Below, piece by piece: positions 26,080-41,571 of a stretch of 64,000 bases of DNA. Source of the DNA: Eledone cirrhosa (lineage: Eukaryota); contig OZ024743.1 in the NCBI GenBank assembly GCA_964016885.1, positions 19,034,001-19,098,000 of the forward strand, given 5' to 3'. The translations under genes were made by a program, and so were the position numbers. The notes under the pieces were generated by a model. That model saw only the letters and a program-made list of their open reading frames with translations. It made no database searches and was not told the DNA's origin. Position 1 is the stretch's first letter; the number at the start of each line of letters is the position of its first letter.

Positions 26080-27570
26080 GAAGGCATCTGGAGAGGCAAG
26101 TCCATGCCGGCCGACAGCGTCGTGGGGCGTTGGACGGACGGTCGCTTATATTGCTAGGGGTCTGGTTTGGACCGGACCTCCAGATGGAGAAAACTGGAGC
26201 GAGGTGACGAGCAGGGTGGCAACTCTCACCAGGAAATTGGCCGAGAGGAGGCTGTCTCTGAAAGGTCGGGCGGAGATGGCGAATGCATACATTGCATCCG
26301 TCATCTGCTACCGCCTCACCGTCGTCACTTTCCCCGGGCCAACTCTCACCAAAATGGAGCGCCTCCTCTTCCGCTTTTTGTGGAAGAGACGCGCTCCCAT
26401 GGTCAGACGATCAATCTGATGTCAACACCCGTTGCGTAGATGACTGGGCATGCCATGGCTGATGATGTGCAAACATGCGCTGAGGCTGCGACATCTCTGG
26501 TGCTTCCTTGACGGTGAACAGGTGTGGTCACCATTCGTCAGGCACGTTTTAGCACAGCTCGTCTCCTTGACGGAGCTGCAGTCCTGGGTCATGAAAAGGC
26601 CGAGGGATAGCGCTTGGAAACTGGAATCTCTCCAGGCGCTCACTGCCCTCTGCCAGCTGGGCATATATAGAGGACTAGTGGAGGTGAAGAGTGACGACGT
26701 TCTCGGAGAGATACTGGGCGTCGAAGAAGATCAGCTGTTTGCTCTCTTCTGGAGAACTTTCAGCCAAGGGCCTATGGATAATTTCCAAAAGTCCCTGGCC
26801 TGGCAGTGCTACCGGGGAGCGTTGCCGCTTCGAGATAAGCTCTAAAGGCACGGAAGTGCCGTCAGCCGAGCCTGTCCGAGATGCGCGCAGAGCGACGGAA
26901 CCGTCGTGCACGCTGACTTGTGGAGCTATGTCCAACAGTTGCTGTCGCGTGTGGGACTGATCCGGTTATCGACTGAGTCAATTGTACAGATGGTCTCGCT
27001 GTCTTCCTTCGAGGAGGAAGGGCAGGCGGTTTTCTTCTGCCTGCTGGCCATGGCGAAAGAGATTGTGTGGTGGACAAGGTTGAAAGGGTTAAATACAGAT
27101 ACTTTCCTCTTCGGCGAATCCCTAATTAACTTTTTCAAGTTTCACTTGAAGGGGAAAATCAGGGTGGAGAGGCAAGTGCTACCTTCTAGCAAGTTTGTTG
27201 AAAGGTGGGTGAATGTAGCTAGAATGGTCCGAGTGAACGGGACCGCTCTGAATATACGCCTGTAGTTTGAGAAATGGAAACATTGAGAGAGGGCACTTGC
27301 CCTGGTGGTCAGGGTGGCCGTGGTCATTTGTGTGGTTATCGCCACGAATAACCCTCGGAGTTTTCCCCCCTATTGGCGAATTTTTCATTGTTTCAATTTT
27401 CATTTTTATTGTTTATATATATATATATGTTTCTATGCATTTTTTTTCTTTTTTATATAAATAATAAAAATCTTTACACGCACAAAACCCACATCATACC
27501 GTCCTGTACCGTCTTGTGCCGTCTGTAATATTTTTCTTGATGTGCGCCCTTGTGGCCGATAAAGAAATCG
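26080..27570 (+). mobile_element. 5'-truncated, decayed Tx1/L1-clade LINE, copy 1
   Basis: Fragments RRLSLKGRAEMAN, LLFRFLWK, LGMPW, ALPLRDKL, CPRCAQSDGTVVHA and AKEIVWWTR. 3' UTR ends CCCTTGTGGCCGATAAAGAAAT. Several stops. Confidence 0.88.
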
Positions 27571-27574
27571 TTAT

Positions 27575-28775
27575 TTAACTGGAAAGTTTGTTGAAATGAA
27601 TATCAAACTACTACCTGCAGCCTCAGATATTCAGGACGTATCGGAGGGTTCTTGCTGTTCCCAGCCCTCATGCCTTTTGAAGTGTTCCAAAAAACGGGGC
27701 TGGACTAATTTTCTTTAACCATCCTTGGAAACTCTTTGAGATAGTACCTAGTGCGCCTATGACAATCGGGACCACACTGACTTCATGGCAGTTCCAAATC
27801 CTTTTTAACTCCCACTTTAAGTTCTTGTATCGGTTAATGTTCTCCCTCTCCTTTTCTTGCACTCCCGGGATAAATGGGCAGGCTACATCTACAATCAGGC
27901 ACGATCTTTTTTCCTTGTCTAAATCCACCAGGTCAGGCTTATTTTGTTCTACTTTCTTGTTCGTCTGTATCCTAAAATCCCATAGCACCTTTACCTGATC
28001 GTTTTCTATCACCTACTCTGGCTTATGCTCATACCACTTCTCAGAATGTGGTAAATTGTTTACTTTGCATAGGTGCCAGTGGATCACCCTGCCTATCACA
28101 TCATGTCTGCAGCCTTTATAGTGAGCCTGGGCCAGGTGTTTACACTCGGATACAATGTGAGCCACAGTCTCCTCTCTCTCTACACACAGATCCTACACAG
28201 TGGGCTAGCCTCATCCTTGTAAATATGGTGTTTCACCCACTTCGTTTTGAGGGCCTGCTCTTGCGCAGCCATTACCTTTCCTTCTGTAGCCTTTTTAAGG
28301 TCTCCTCTTTTTAACCAGTTCCATGTCTGTGGATCTATAAATTCCGTTTTCTTAAAGAAAGGATTTTTGATGAAGGTTGCTCTTCCTCCTTGTTGTTATT
28401 TCTTCCTTGGACATCCCCTGGTCTATTGTCCTCTCCTCCAATACATTTCTGAGAATTGGCTTCCTACTATCAGTCACGTATTTGTGCAGGTTATTTTACT
28501 CCATCTGAACAGAGTCCTCTGTGCTGATAAGACCTCTTCCACCTTCAGATCTCTTGTGACGTCACTCCTCTTGTGAACTTATTTTCTTCAACCATTCTTG
28601 GAAACTCTTTGAGATAGTACCTCGTGTGCCTATGACAATCGGGACGAACTTGACTTCATGGCAGTTACAAATCCTTTTTACCTCCCACTTTAAGTCCTGG
28701 TATCGATTAATTTCCTCCCTCTCCTTTTCTTGCACTCTCGTGTCAAATGGGCATGATACATCTACAATCAAGCAC
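27575..28775 (-). mobile_element. Two decayed 3' fragments of R4/Dong family B
   Basis: 27575-28560 and 28575-28775 align with 18085-19110 (VKVLWDFRIQT...KPD, IVDVACPF...KYKNLKWE, PIVIGALG). (TTA)n follows at 28777-28820. Confidence 0.92.
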
Positions 28776-28819
28776 TATTATTATTATTATTATTATTAGT
28801 ATTAGTATTAGTATTATTA

Positions 28820-30715
28820 GGAGGCCTCTTGTCGGACGTCTACTGCAACTGGCAACAGAACAGGAGAATTCCCAGCTCTGTGAGCCGATCAGTCGAAAAC
28901 TTTCGATAGGGTCGACCATCGTTAGCTAGCGGCAGTCCTGAGGGCGGCTGGTTTTGGGCCCGTCTTCAGAGGCTGGATCGCTGCCATGCACAGCGACATC
29001 TGCTCTGTGGTGAGAGTGAACGGTCACCTTTCGGAACCGTTCAACATCATGCGCTCGGTCCGCCAAAGATGTCCCCTCTCGTCCCTCTTGTACGTATTGA
29101 GTCTGGAACCATCACTGCAAAAATTGGAGACATTGAGGGGGTCCCGCGCGAAATAGGATGCGGATCATCCGGGTCAGCACATGCGGACGATGTCACCGTA
29201 GTGGTGTCGAAAACCAAACACATCGAGGCTATCGGCACTACACTAAAAGGATACGAAGCGGTGACAGGAGAAATGATCAATCAGGAAAAATCGGTGGGCC
29301 TGCAGCTCAGCTCATGGAGAGTCAGGTCCATGCCAACCAACAAAGTCGTCTGACGCTGGACGGACGGACCGTTAAATTTCTAGAGGTCTGGTTCGGTCCG
29401 GACCTTCAGACCGACAAAAACTGGGACGATGTGACAAGCAGGGTGGCTTCTCTCACCCAGAAATGGGCGGAGAGGAAGCTATCCCTGAAAGGTCGAGCGG
29501 AGGTGGCTAATGCGTACATCGCGTCCATCATCTACTACCGCCTGACCGTCGTGCCTTGTCCTAAGCCCCGCCTGACTGCGCTGGAGCTTTTTGTGGAAGG
29601 GACGCGCTCCGATGGTCAGGCGGTCTATCTGCTGTCAACACCCGCTACGTGGAAGGCTGGGCATGCCGTGGCTGATGATGCGCAGACACGCGCTCAGGCT
29701 ACGACATATCTACCTCTTCTTCGGCGGTAATCAGGTGTGGTCACCGTTTGCTAGACGCCTCTTCCCCAGCTCGTCTCCTTGACGGAGCTGCAGTCCTGGG
29801 TCAAGCGAAGACCGAGAAGATGCGCTTGGAGACTGGAATGTCTTCAGGCTTTCACAGCCCTCGACCAATTGGGCCATGTGATCGGTGGAAACTCGACCTT
29901 GGCGTTGTATAGAGTCTTAGTGGAGGAGGAGGGCGACGACGTACTTGGGGAAACTAGGCGTCGACGAAAATCAACTAGCCAATCTCTTCGGAAGAAATTT
30001 CGGGCCGGGGCCTATGGACAACTTCAGAAATCCCTGACCTGGCACTGTTTCCGAGGAGGAGCTTTACCAGTTCGGGACAAACTCTACAGGCATGGAAATG
30101 CCGTCAACCGGGCTTGTTCGATATGCGCGCAGGGCGCCTGTAGGACGGATCCAGCTATCAGCTGAGTCCATCGTGAGGAATGCCTCACCCTCTTCCTTTA
30201 GCCGGGAAGGGCAGGCAATTTTTATCTATCAGGTGGCCATGGTGAAAGTGATAGTATGGTGGACGCGTTTGAAAGGGCTGAAGACAAGCACTTACCTCTT
30301 CGGTGATGCCCTGAATAACTTTTTTCAAATTTAATTTAAAAAGGAAAATCAGGCTAGAGTGGGAAGTGCTCTCTTTCCAGCATGTTGTTGATAGATGGGT
30401 GAGAGAGGTAAGAATGGACCGTGTGAATGGGCCTACGCTGAGTATGTGCCTGTAAATTGAAGGTGGAAAACTGGGAGAGGGCACTTGCTCTGGTGGTCAG
30501 GGTCACGTGCCTTTTTTTAATAGGCTTTCTCCACGAATGTCCCTCCGAAGTCTCCCCCCTATAGGGGAATTTTTCATTGTTTCTTTTTTTTTGTTACATC
30601 CTGTGTTTTTTGTTCTTTTACACGCAGAAATGCCCATTTGTACCGTCCTGTATTGTCCTGTACTGTCCTTAATGTCTACTTTGTGTCAACCCTTTGTGGT
30701 TAATAAAGAAATCAT
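28820..30715 (+). mobile_element. 5'-truncated, decayed Tx1/L1-clade LINE, copy 2
   Basis: RT motifs RSVRQRCPLS.LLYVL and SAHADDVTV, then INQEKS, RKLSLKGRAEVAN and ALPVRDKL. 3' end CCCTTTGTGGTTAATAAAGAAATC followed by (ATT)n. Homologous to 26080-27570. Confidence 0.9.
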
Positions 30716-30733
30716 TAATATTAATATTATTAG

Positions 30734-30799
<66 letters not shown>

Positions 30800-30851
30800 C
30801 TAACGAATACATTTAGTTATCCGTCATGATAGAGGGAAATCACATGGTGTT

Positions 30852-30899
<48 letters not shown>

Positions 30900-31074
30900 T
30901 TTATTAACATAACAGATTAAAGTTTTAAATATTTAAATATTTAAATATTTGCTCTACGGTTCTTATATATTTGATATATATTTGATATATATTTATATAT
31001 ATTTGATATATATTTGATATATATTTATCCTTATCGAGCCCTCTTTGGATTTTAGTCTCCAAATTTATTATTAT

Positions 31075-31108
<34 letters not shown>

Positions 31109-31354
31109 TTGTGTATAATGGTAGCAATGGTGCTTCCATAGGCGGTATGCCAAAATTACCACTCAATATTCATACAGAATAGAGTGTGTATAGTATAAAA
31201 AAACTGAAAAATCAGTGATGTATCTGGACCCAATTTATTGCATGTTACAATTGTTTCGCCGACAGATAACTCTAGACATGATCACTGTATGGATCTGGCT
31301 GATTCTACGACTGCAGGTTCCTTCGGCCACGCGTAGTTCATTCGGAGCAAATTT

Positions 31355-31399
<45 letters not shown>

Positions 31400-31599
31400 T
31401 AGAATCGGAGGCAAGATCATATGGCAAGCACATCTGACGATCTTTCGATTACAGTGTCAGATTCGATCTATAATAGGTCTTGCCACGAGCTGATCGATAG
31501 TGAATCATATGTTATTAAATATGTTATGGTGTAACACTGAATCCTTCTTCCTTAACCTTATAGTATATATATATATATATCTATATAAGCAAGATGGAT

Positions 31600-33240
31600 A
31601 TTAAATGTGTTGGTAATTCAACAAATGTAAATAGTAAACATAATTAGCAAGCATATATTACATAGAATTATACCAATACTTAAAGAAGAATCACACCTTA
31701 AATTATGGAACAGTACTAATGAAGTTATAGATTGGTTTAATAACATAAAATTAAAACATAACAACAAATTCATTCAAATGGATATTGCAAATTACTACTC
31801 CTCTATTACTCCTAGCTTACTTAATAAGGCACTTATCTGCGCGTCTAAACATATATACCTATCTAGTGAAGAAATGAATATAATTCTAACACCACGTAAA
31901 ACCCTAATAGAATTTCATAATCATCTCTGGACAAGAGCCGACAGAAAAAACAATTTTGATATCACTATGGGATCATCTGACTCGGCTCAAGTAATGGACC
32001 TCGTTGGATTATTTATTAATAATGTACTCCATAGGAAAATGCCAGAGATGACCTGTGGTTTATATCGCGACGATATGTTACTTTTAATTGAAAACCATAG
32101 CAATAGTGAAATTAATAGGAAAAGGAAATCCATAATACAATTGTTCAACAACTACAACCTTAATTTGCAAATCGAGAATAATTATAAAATCGTTAACTTC
32201 TTAGATGTAACCTTAAACCTTAGCACAGGTCTTTACTATCCATTCCCTAAAATTAACGAAAATCTAAATTATGTAAGTTTCAATTCCAATCATCCTAGAA
32301 ATATATAAAAACACTATTGTTAATAGCGTCTAACAACGGATTCCACGCATCCGTGCTAATAAAAATATTTTTGATGATGAAGCAGAATGTTACAATGAAG
32401 CTTTACATAAAGCAGGATACTCGAACAAAATTAAATACATAGATAACGATAACATGACAAATCATCCTAGGATTAATTATAATAATAATAAACAATTTCA
32501 CTTAAACGCTAAACCAGACAAAAAAACTAGAACTAGAAATATTATTTGGTACTCTCCCCATTTTCATTAAGCGTTAAAACACCTTTAGCAAAGCTAAAGC
32601 CCTAGATAAATGTTTTCCTAAAGCCCACATATACAACTCTATTTTTAACAGACACTATAAAACTATCCTACTATACTACTATGAACATAGCACAAAATAT
32701 TACTAGAATTAATAATAGAAACTTAAATTTAAACGATAACCAAAAAACCAATATTTCAATAATAATATTTCTAACAACAATATTTAGAATAATAGTACCC
32801 TTCTGAATAACACCATCTCCAGATAATGTAACTGTAGAATTAAATCAAACTGCCCTTTAATTGCCTAGACAAAAACGTAATTTATAAATGCACAGTTAAA
32901 ACTAGAGACATGTATTTAATTATATTGGTGCCACTTCTACAAAATTCAAAGAACGCTGGTATAACCATAAACACACATAGTTACGATAAAAAATCTTCCA
33001 CTTCACTTACACATTTAATTTGGAACTTAAAAAAAACAACAATATAGACTATTCAATATATTGGGGAACGATTTTGAAAGCACCTGCATACCGAAATATG
33101 GCTTTCTCAAGATTCTGTAACTTGTGAACCGAGGACTTTTTTAAATATAATTAACTGTCAAAACTCTATTAATCTTAAAACAGAATTATGTTCTAGTTGC
33201 AGACATCGCCAAAATTCCACTTTCAGAAGTATTTTTAATT
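31600..33240 (+). mobile_element. Decayed Hydra-like PLE (RT plus GIY-YIG)
   Basis: ORF 31778-32308 (MDIANYYSSI, FDITMGSSDS, YRDD, NFLDVTLNL, SNHP) is closely related to 3-716. Downstream broken peptides CNCRIKSNCPL, YIGATSTKFKERWYNH, IWNLK and CRHRQ. Confidence 0.9.
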
Positions 33241-34400
33241 TATGATATTCATTACACTTAACTATATCTTATACACCTTTAAAATGATTCTATTTTCTTT
33301 AACAATTTAAATTTAGATTTTTTTAAATGATCTTCCTTCTTAATTTTTTAATATTTTTAATATTTTTACCATTTGACATTAATTATTTAATTTTTTAATA
33401 TTTTTTTTACTATTTTTACCATTTGACATTATTTTCTTGATACCCATCTAAATATATTTTATTAGAATCAGACTGATAATCTTTAATTGACATTCTGAAA
33501 GTTTATTCTCTTTACGATAGTTCTTCGAAATTCACATTACTTTCTTCCTCCTCTTTGATCTTCAAACTATCACACGTCTTTCGACTAAAATAATATGTAA
33601 TTGAAATTAATCTCACACGAAATAATATATAATGTTCTCTATATATTTTCTGAGTAAATCATTCATCAAATTTAACGGTTAACAAACAAGTTTGGAGTTA
33701 TTTTTTTCCTTTTCAATCGTGCAAACATGAACAATATATTGTAATATAATATGTATGATAAACTATATAACTTCGCTAAATTGACAATATTCTGAAAACA
33801 TTTTCAATGTTGGAACAAAATATTTGAATCTACAAATTTCTTCTCCTCTTACAACTTGAACTACGCGTTATTTTATGTAAAATACAAAATCAACTACCTT
33901 CGTAACTCATATTAGAAATGTAAAGAACTAATAATTGTAAATTATTTCTATTTCTATAATACTTATACATGCACAATTATTAATCTATATAGATACTTAT
34001 ATAATTACAACCTATTATAATATAAGATAAAATCTACTTACAACCATAATTCTTCATATAATATTGTATATATAATCACTCATAATATAGCTAAATAAAT
34101 TTAAATTCTGGAATCATATTCCACCATTCCTGCAAATTGTTAATTCCTTTTAAATTAACGTACATACAAGCCCTTCTGTCTTTCTCTTTTTCTTTTTCCT
34201 ACTTATACATACATATATCCTAATTATTTACAATTCTGCATAGCGTCTAAAAATAACGTTTCTTCAGCCCTATACCTCAACTTCATTTCGTACTCATCTT
34301 AATAATTTAAGATATCTGACATTTCTTCTCTTTTCCGTCACTATCCAAGAAAAGCTTGAACCGTTAAGGTATATTTTCTTGGTTATGTCAACATTTATAA

Positions 34401-34429
<29 letters not shown>

Positions 34430-34443
<14 letters not shown>

Positions 34444-34610
34444 TCGCTTCGTTTATTATGAATAATAAATTCTCTGGTATCTATATTTCGTTGACAGCCA
34501 TTGTTGGCTGTGACCTCTTCAGGCAGTCCGGATTGGTGTGGAAAAGACAGGTACACATGTTGTTGAAGTGTGTTCCACTCTGTCAATTCATCGATATGAG
34601 TGTGTGTTGG
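34430..34610 (-). mobile_element. Solo pseudo-LTR-like repeat with a hammerhead; paralog of 45080-45225 (+)
   Basis: The reverse complement of 34445-34585 aligns with 45081-45220. Hammerhead at 34473-34527. Confidence 0.7.
34473..34527 (-). ncRNA. Hammerhead motif, core intact and stem I eroded
   Basis: ACTGC CTGAAGA GGTCACAGCCA ACAA TGGCTGTCAAC GAAA TATAG ATA CCAGA. Confidence 0.65.
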
Positions 34611-36492
34611 GTGTGTTGTTATTTTACATTACTCTGGAGTAAACAAACCAACCTCCGTACTTCATCGAGAGCTCCAATCGGCATTCTGAGGTGTCGGAAA
34701 ACAACCAACATATACTCAATAAATATATATATATATATGGGGTGTGTGTGTATGTATGTATGCGACTGTGAGAAAGTGTGAGTGTGGTGCACATTTTATC
34801 AAGCTATGATGCCATAATCAATTTATGTTTTACTATATCGTGCGTAATTTTTCCACCTATTTACGATCGGAACGTAACATTTTATTTTATGCCAGAACAT
34901 TTAATTATATTCTTCTATACCCGTCGTAAACATTTCCCTCGGAAATCGTCATATAACAGTTATTAAATTGATTTGTGTTCTGCTCTGGTCTAATTGTCCC
35001 AATTACTTCGCTTATACAAAGCTCGTCAGAAATGCTGTTACCATTTTATCTCAACTTAACTATATAATTTCTTTAGTGTTTGGAATGCAGAACTACCCTT
35101 GTGCATATTAATAGTTGTACCGGGATTATTAATGCGAAACTGTCGTCTCACTTTCTCGCGAAAACACTGACATATGGATATAAAATACATGCCATACGCA
35201 TACATATGTATTAATCTATCGCAATTTCACTCCATCTCGAATTTCTGTATAGAATAATTATTATTGATTCAAACAATATTGCAGCATTCAAATGGGTTCA
35301 AGTGCATTTGTATTTGTACTATTAAGATTAAGTTTGTGCCAGACAATAAATTAATTTTCTAACTTCCTGTATTTCAAAGATCTGATAAAGTCAGAGGAAC
35401 TCATAAGACATGTGTGCTTAATGCCTGGGAATAAAAACTATTTATTGATCTGTGGCTAAGTCTTAGATCGGTTAAATATTTTATGTATCTTCAATATCTC
35501 TCTTCTCTGAGTATTATGCGACATTTTTCCAAATGTATTCTGTTACAAATAATAAAGATAAAACTTTATTGCAACCACATTTAAATTGGCCTGTAAATCC
35601 ATCAATTTTAACACGACAATTTTCTCACTCTAGACACATCCATAGCGAACATGTTTAACATATGTACGAGAAAACGTATTTTTTATTAGATAGTTTTTGT
35701 TAAAACTGTCTTCAGATGAAATAAACATATATTTCTCAATTAAATGTAAATCCCTATAATGCAAATCCCTATAAGCACAATATCTGTGTAATATATTATT
35801 ATATTTGGTAAAATGTCCAAATAATGACACATCCATTTTACACATTAAAGGCAAATTTGTTTTTATTTTTAGCCATACATAAATGCTGCCTAGGGAGAAA
35901 TTATAAAATGCATTCACATGAGAATCAACTATTCTTTTATGGGTTCTAATATTTCCTTAGTCGGATTGTCCTTTCTAAAAAAACCTCCTTCCAGAAAAAA
36001 GAACGTAACTACACTTATGTTTGTTATGTTATTTATTTACGAATATATAACCGATACTTTGTGGATTGGCAAAATGTGGCTGATGCTTAATAAATGTTCA
36101 CTTCGACATGTCTTTCTGGTATGAACAGAAGGTGGTATGCAATAGGTTAGTCTTCATTGTATGCAGCTACTAATGTATATTATGTGCTAAATATAGTTTG
36201 TCAATGTCGCAATCTAGACGTACGCGACACTAAGATATATTGCATGTCACACAGCTATTATTGTTCTCTATAATTTTAATAAATTGCACACACGAAAATC
36301 TAGACAGGTAAATATGAATAACGTAGTGTATGTTATCGTTCGTTTCCGTTTCCATGAAATGACATCGTTTATATGATATATTCGTCTCCCATTAAGTAAC
36401 CAGCTTACTACGTATAGGTTAACTAATGGAATTTCGGGTAACAAGCAGTATATTTACTTATATTGATCTACCCACCGATTTATCTCTGTGTG

Positions 36493-36605
<113 letters not shown>

Positions 36606-36813
36606 TTGTGTGTGTGTGTATATATATATATATGTATGTATATATATATAGATAGATATACGTATATATATATAGATATATGTATGCATATATATATATA
36701 TAAATGATATATATATATATAACGAAGGATATGTGGTAAGGAACCAGGTGGACCATAACGCGCCAAAGTACTCAATACTTAGGGTAGTAGAGTGGGTAAT
36801 AGGAACAAGCATG

Positions 36814-36909
36814 ACCCCGACGGCAGAGCTCAAGCCGTTTCGACGGCTAATTCTGGACTAAATAAGAATTTTTAGCCTGGTAAATAAATAGCCGAACTTC
36901 TCAGGCGTT
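36814..36909 (-). ncRNA. Hammerhead-like motif with variant core CTGAGAA, long stem II and 5-bp stem III
   Basis: CGC CTGAGAA G TTCGGCTA...GGCTAAA..TTTAGTC...TAGCCGTC GAAA CGGC TTGAGCTCT GCC GTC GGGGT. Second copy at 38331-38408 (+). Confidence 0.6.
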
Positions 36910-38330
36910 AATTCCATATATGGGAAGATAGTAATTGTCAAAAGGATTGGTCAAAAGATGCCGAGATCGTAATGTGATCTACCAGTGCAACGTGACGGCG
37001 GACACCGCCAACAAAGCGCATATAGGATTAAGTGCTTGTGACTTCAAGACACGCTTTTACCTACACATACATACTTTCCGAAACCCGACCCGGCGTCATG
37101 CCTCTACACTTTCGGGCCACATCTGGGACCTCAAAGATAATAATATAACCTACAATCTCACTTGGAGCTTACAGTCCAGAGCTAAATCTTGCACAGGAGG
37201 ACGCCGTCCGTGTAACTTATGTTCGGAGGAATCATTACAAATGGTGTTTTCGAAGGACCAACTCCTAAACAAGAAAAACGAACTGGTAACTGCATGCAAA
37301 CACAGATTACGTAGGACTTACCTCGCCCTCAAACCCAATAATGACACGGCGGGGGGGGGGGGGGTAGAGAAGGGCTGAAACACCACACTTGCCGATTTTG
37401 TAAGGGGTAACCTCTGCTTATAAAGGTAGACGTAACTTTTTCTTTTTTATATTTTCCTCCATATTTCCTTCTCCCCCCCCCCCACCCATCTCTTCCTATT
37501 CCTTCGACCCCGGATCTCCTTCCTTGTCTCTTTTTTCACCTTTTCGCCCACGCCGATGCAGTCCACCGGTCCTTCGCAGCCTCAGTACCCCCACCCCTCT
37601 AATTTTAAGATAGAATTGGCCGATTATGCTTTTTATAGTAGAGGTGTTAGACCCCAGATAATTGCTTTCTTCCTGGTTGCTACTCCATTGCCGTGATTTC
37701 TAAATTTCTTAGTGGTAATTTTGCATTAGTATTCTCGTATTAGTATTTATGTTTTAGTATTCTGAATTAATATTTCGTATTAGTGTTTTAGTATGTTTGT
37801 CCTCAACTTATTAACCTATCATTGTAAAATAGCATTGGCTGATTACTACTAACTGTAGCAGTGGTGTTAGAGCCCTGTAAAGATGGCTTTATAAAATTAT
37901 TTCACTACAATCTCGTATTTAGTATTTTTCTCCACCTATTAAACTTTTTCTATAGCTTAGCAATACCATTGAGAGATTTCGTGATTGTGGGGATGGAGTA
38001 GTAACCAGAAATTGTTTTTTATATATTTATTTCCTCATTTTTTATAATGGCTTTTTGTTTACTCCCTTTCGATTTACCTATTCTTTCAACTCCCCCACCG
38101 CCCTTTCTTTCTCCAGCACACTTTTTTCGACCTTCTATACACTATCCTTAGAATCTGCTGAATAGGTTTCATTTTCAACGCTCGACTGGGTTTCCCCCAC
38201 ACCCCCTTTGATCTACCGGCAAGTTCAGCTACCCATACCTCCCACTAAATGAAATGATAGAATCATCTGTCCTTACAACAAAATTTTGACCAATCCTTTT
38301 GACAATTACTATCTTCCCATATATGGAGTT

Positions 38331-38408
38331 ACCTCCTGAGAAGTTCGGCCATTTATTTACCAGGCTAATAATTCTTATTCGAAACGGGTTGAGCTCTGCC
38401 GTCGGGGT
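38331..38408 (+). ncRNA. Second copy of the variant hammerhead, stem II partly deleted
   Basis: ACCTC CTGAGAA G...TC GAAA CGGG TTGAGCTCT GCC GTC GGGGT. Stem I is ACCTC/GGGGT. Confidence 0.5.
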
Positions 38409-38444
38409 CATGCTTGTTACTATATATATATATATATATATTTA

Positions 38445-38475
<31 letters not shown>

Positions 38476-38502
38476 ATGTATATATATATATATATATATT
38501 TA

Positions 38503-38723
<221 letters not shown>

Positions 38724-38846
38724 CATCGTTTTCGGTGCGCCTGACCGATTTAACTCACTCGATATGCAAATTAGGCTGCTCAGCCATAAATTTTCATAAG
38801 GAAAGTATATACTTTCGAACGTTCAACTATCTGGCAGGTGGGTATT

Positions 38847-38887
38847 CGGTGCTGATGATAGCTAACAAGCTTGAAACTAGTACATCG
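38847..38887 (+). ncRNA. Minimal type I hammerhead ribozyme
   Basis: CGGTG CTGATGA T AGCT AACA AGCT T GAAAC TA GTA CATCG. Stem I CGGTG/CATCG, palindromic ACTAGT, triplet GTA, and a U-U pair at the base of stem II. Confidence 0.8.
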
Positions 38888-39045
38888 TTCCTGTGTCAGT
38901 GTTGAACAAAAAGGTGACGTGGTTGGCTTAACACCGTGCAGCATAAATGCAGGCTGTTCAGTTTGTTTACAAACGAACAAAGCGGGCGCTATAATAAGCG
39001 TCCGCTAAACTGATACGTACATATATGTATGTGTACCTGTATGTA

Positions 39046-39078
<33 letters not shown>

Positions 39079-39131
39079 GCATGCTACTGTACGTCTGTAT
39101 ACATATATGTATGTACGTATACATACATACT

Positions 39132-39183
<52 letters not shown>

Positions 39184-39449
39184 CTGAAATGTATAGCCTT
39201 ACACATGCTGAGGAACAGGGGTTATTCCATTTCTGTCAACAAATTACTGACGAAAAAGATCTCTTTGGATTTGTACGTGTGTTATATAGTTATAGAGGTA
39301 TTTATTTACGCTTTAATTTGTATTTTTAATTATCGTGTCTATAGTCTGTCTTTCATAGGTTATAGATTCCATACACTGGTGGCTTTTCCCTGTTTTATTG
39401 ATAGCGCACTGTATATCTCTCTCTAGTGTGTTACCTTTTCAACATATTG

Positions 39450-39570
<121 letters not shown>

Positions 39571-39587
39571 TATATAAATATATATAT

Positions 39588-39765
39588 GTAGGAGGTGAGT
39601 TTTACTGTAGCACAATAAAGCAATGCAAATATCGGATAAGTAGCACTCTACAGTTTGTAGGACTGGACTATAAATAATATAAGATCAAAAGACGGTTAAA
39701 GGGGTTCCAAGTATTTTATTATGCGCATTTCATAAACAAATATCATCATGAGATGATATCTGCGC

Positions 39766-39770
<5 letters not shown>
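39588..39770 (-). mobile_element. Truncated paralog of the pseudo-LTR at 1980-2162, with its hammerhead CTGA box replaced by (TA)n
   Basis: The reverse complement aligns with 1980-2162. Stem II differences mostly preserve pairing. Confidence 0.85.
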
Positions 39771-39847
<77 letters not shown>

Positions 39848-39859
39848 ATAGGCAAAGCC

Positions 39860-41532
<1,673 letters not shown>

Positions 41533-41571
41533 ATTAACAGAATACGCTCAAATACATGTCTATAGGTATAG

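Larger units (their letters stand above)
36790..38420 (+). mobile_element. 5'-truncated Hydra-like PLE: inverted pseudo-LTR, GIY-YIG end, 3' pseudo-LTR
   Basis: 36805-36956 is the reverse complement of 38284-38418. ORF 36935-37378 has VIYQC...AHIGLSACDFKTRF..H, LSGHIWDLK, CNLC..E and LLNKKNEL...CKH. Confidence 0.88.

Noticed and set aside
33116-33127. TGA at a conserved Cys (CNL*) as possible selenocysteine
   Set aside because: The element has many other stops and frameshifts, and related copies at ~812 and ~37210 have CNLC.
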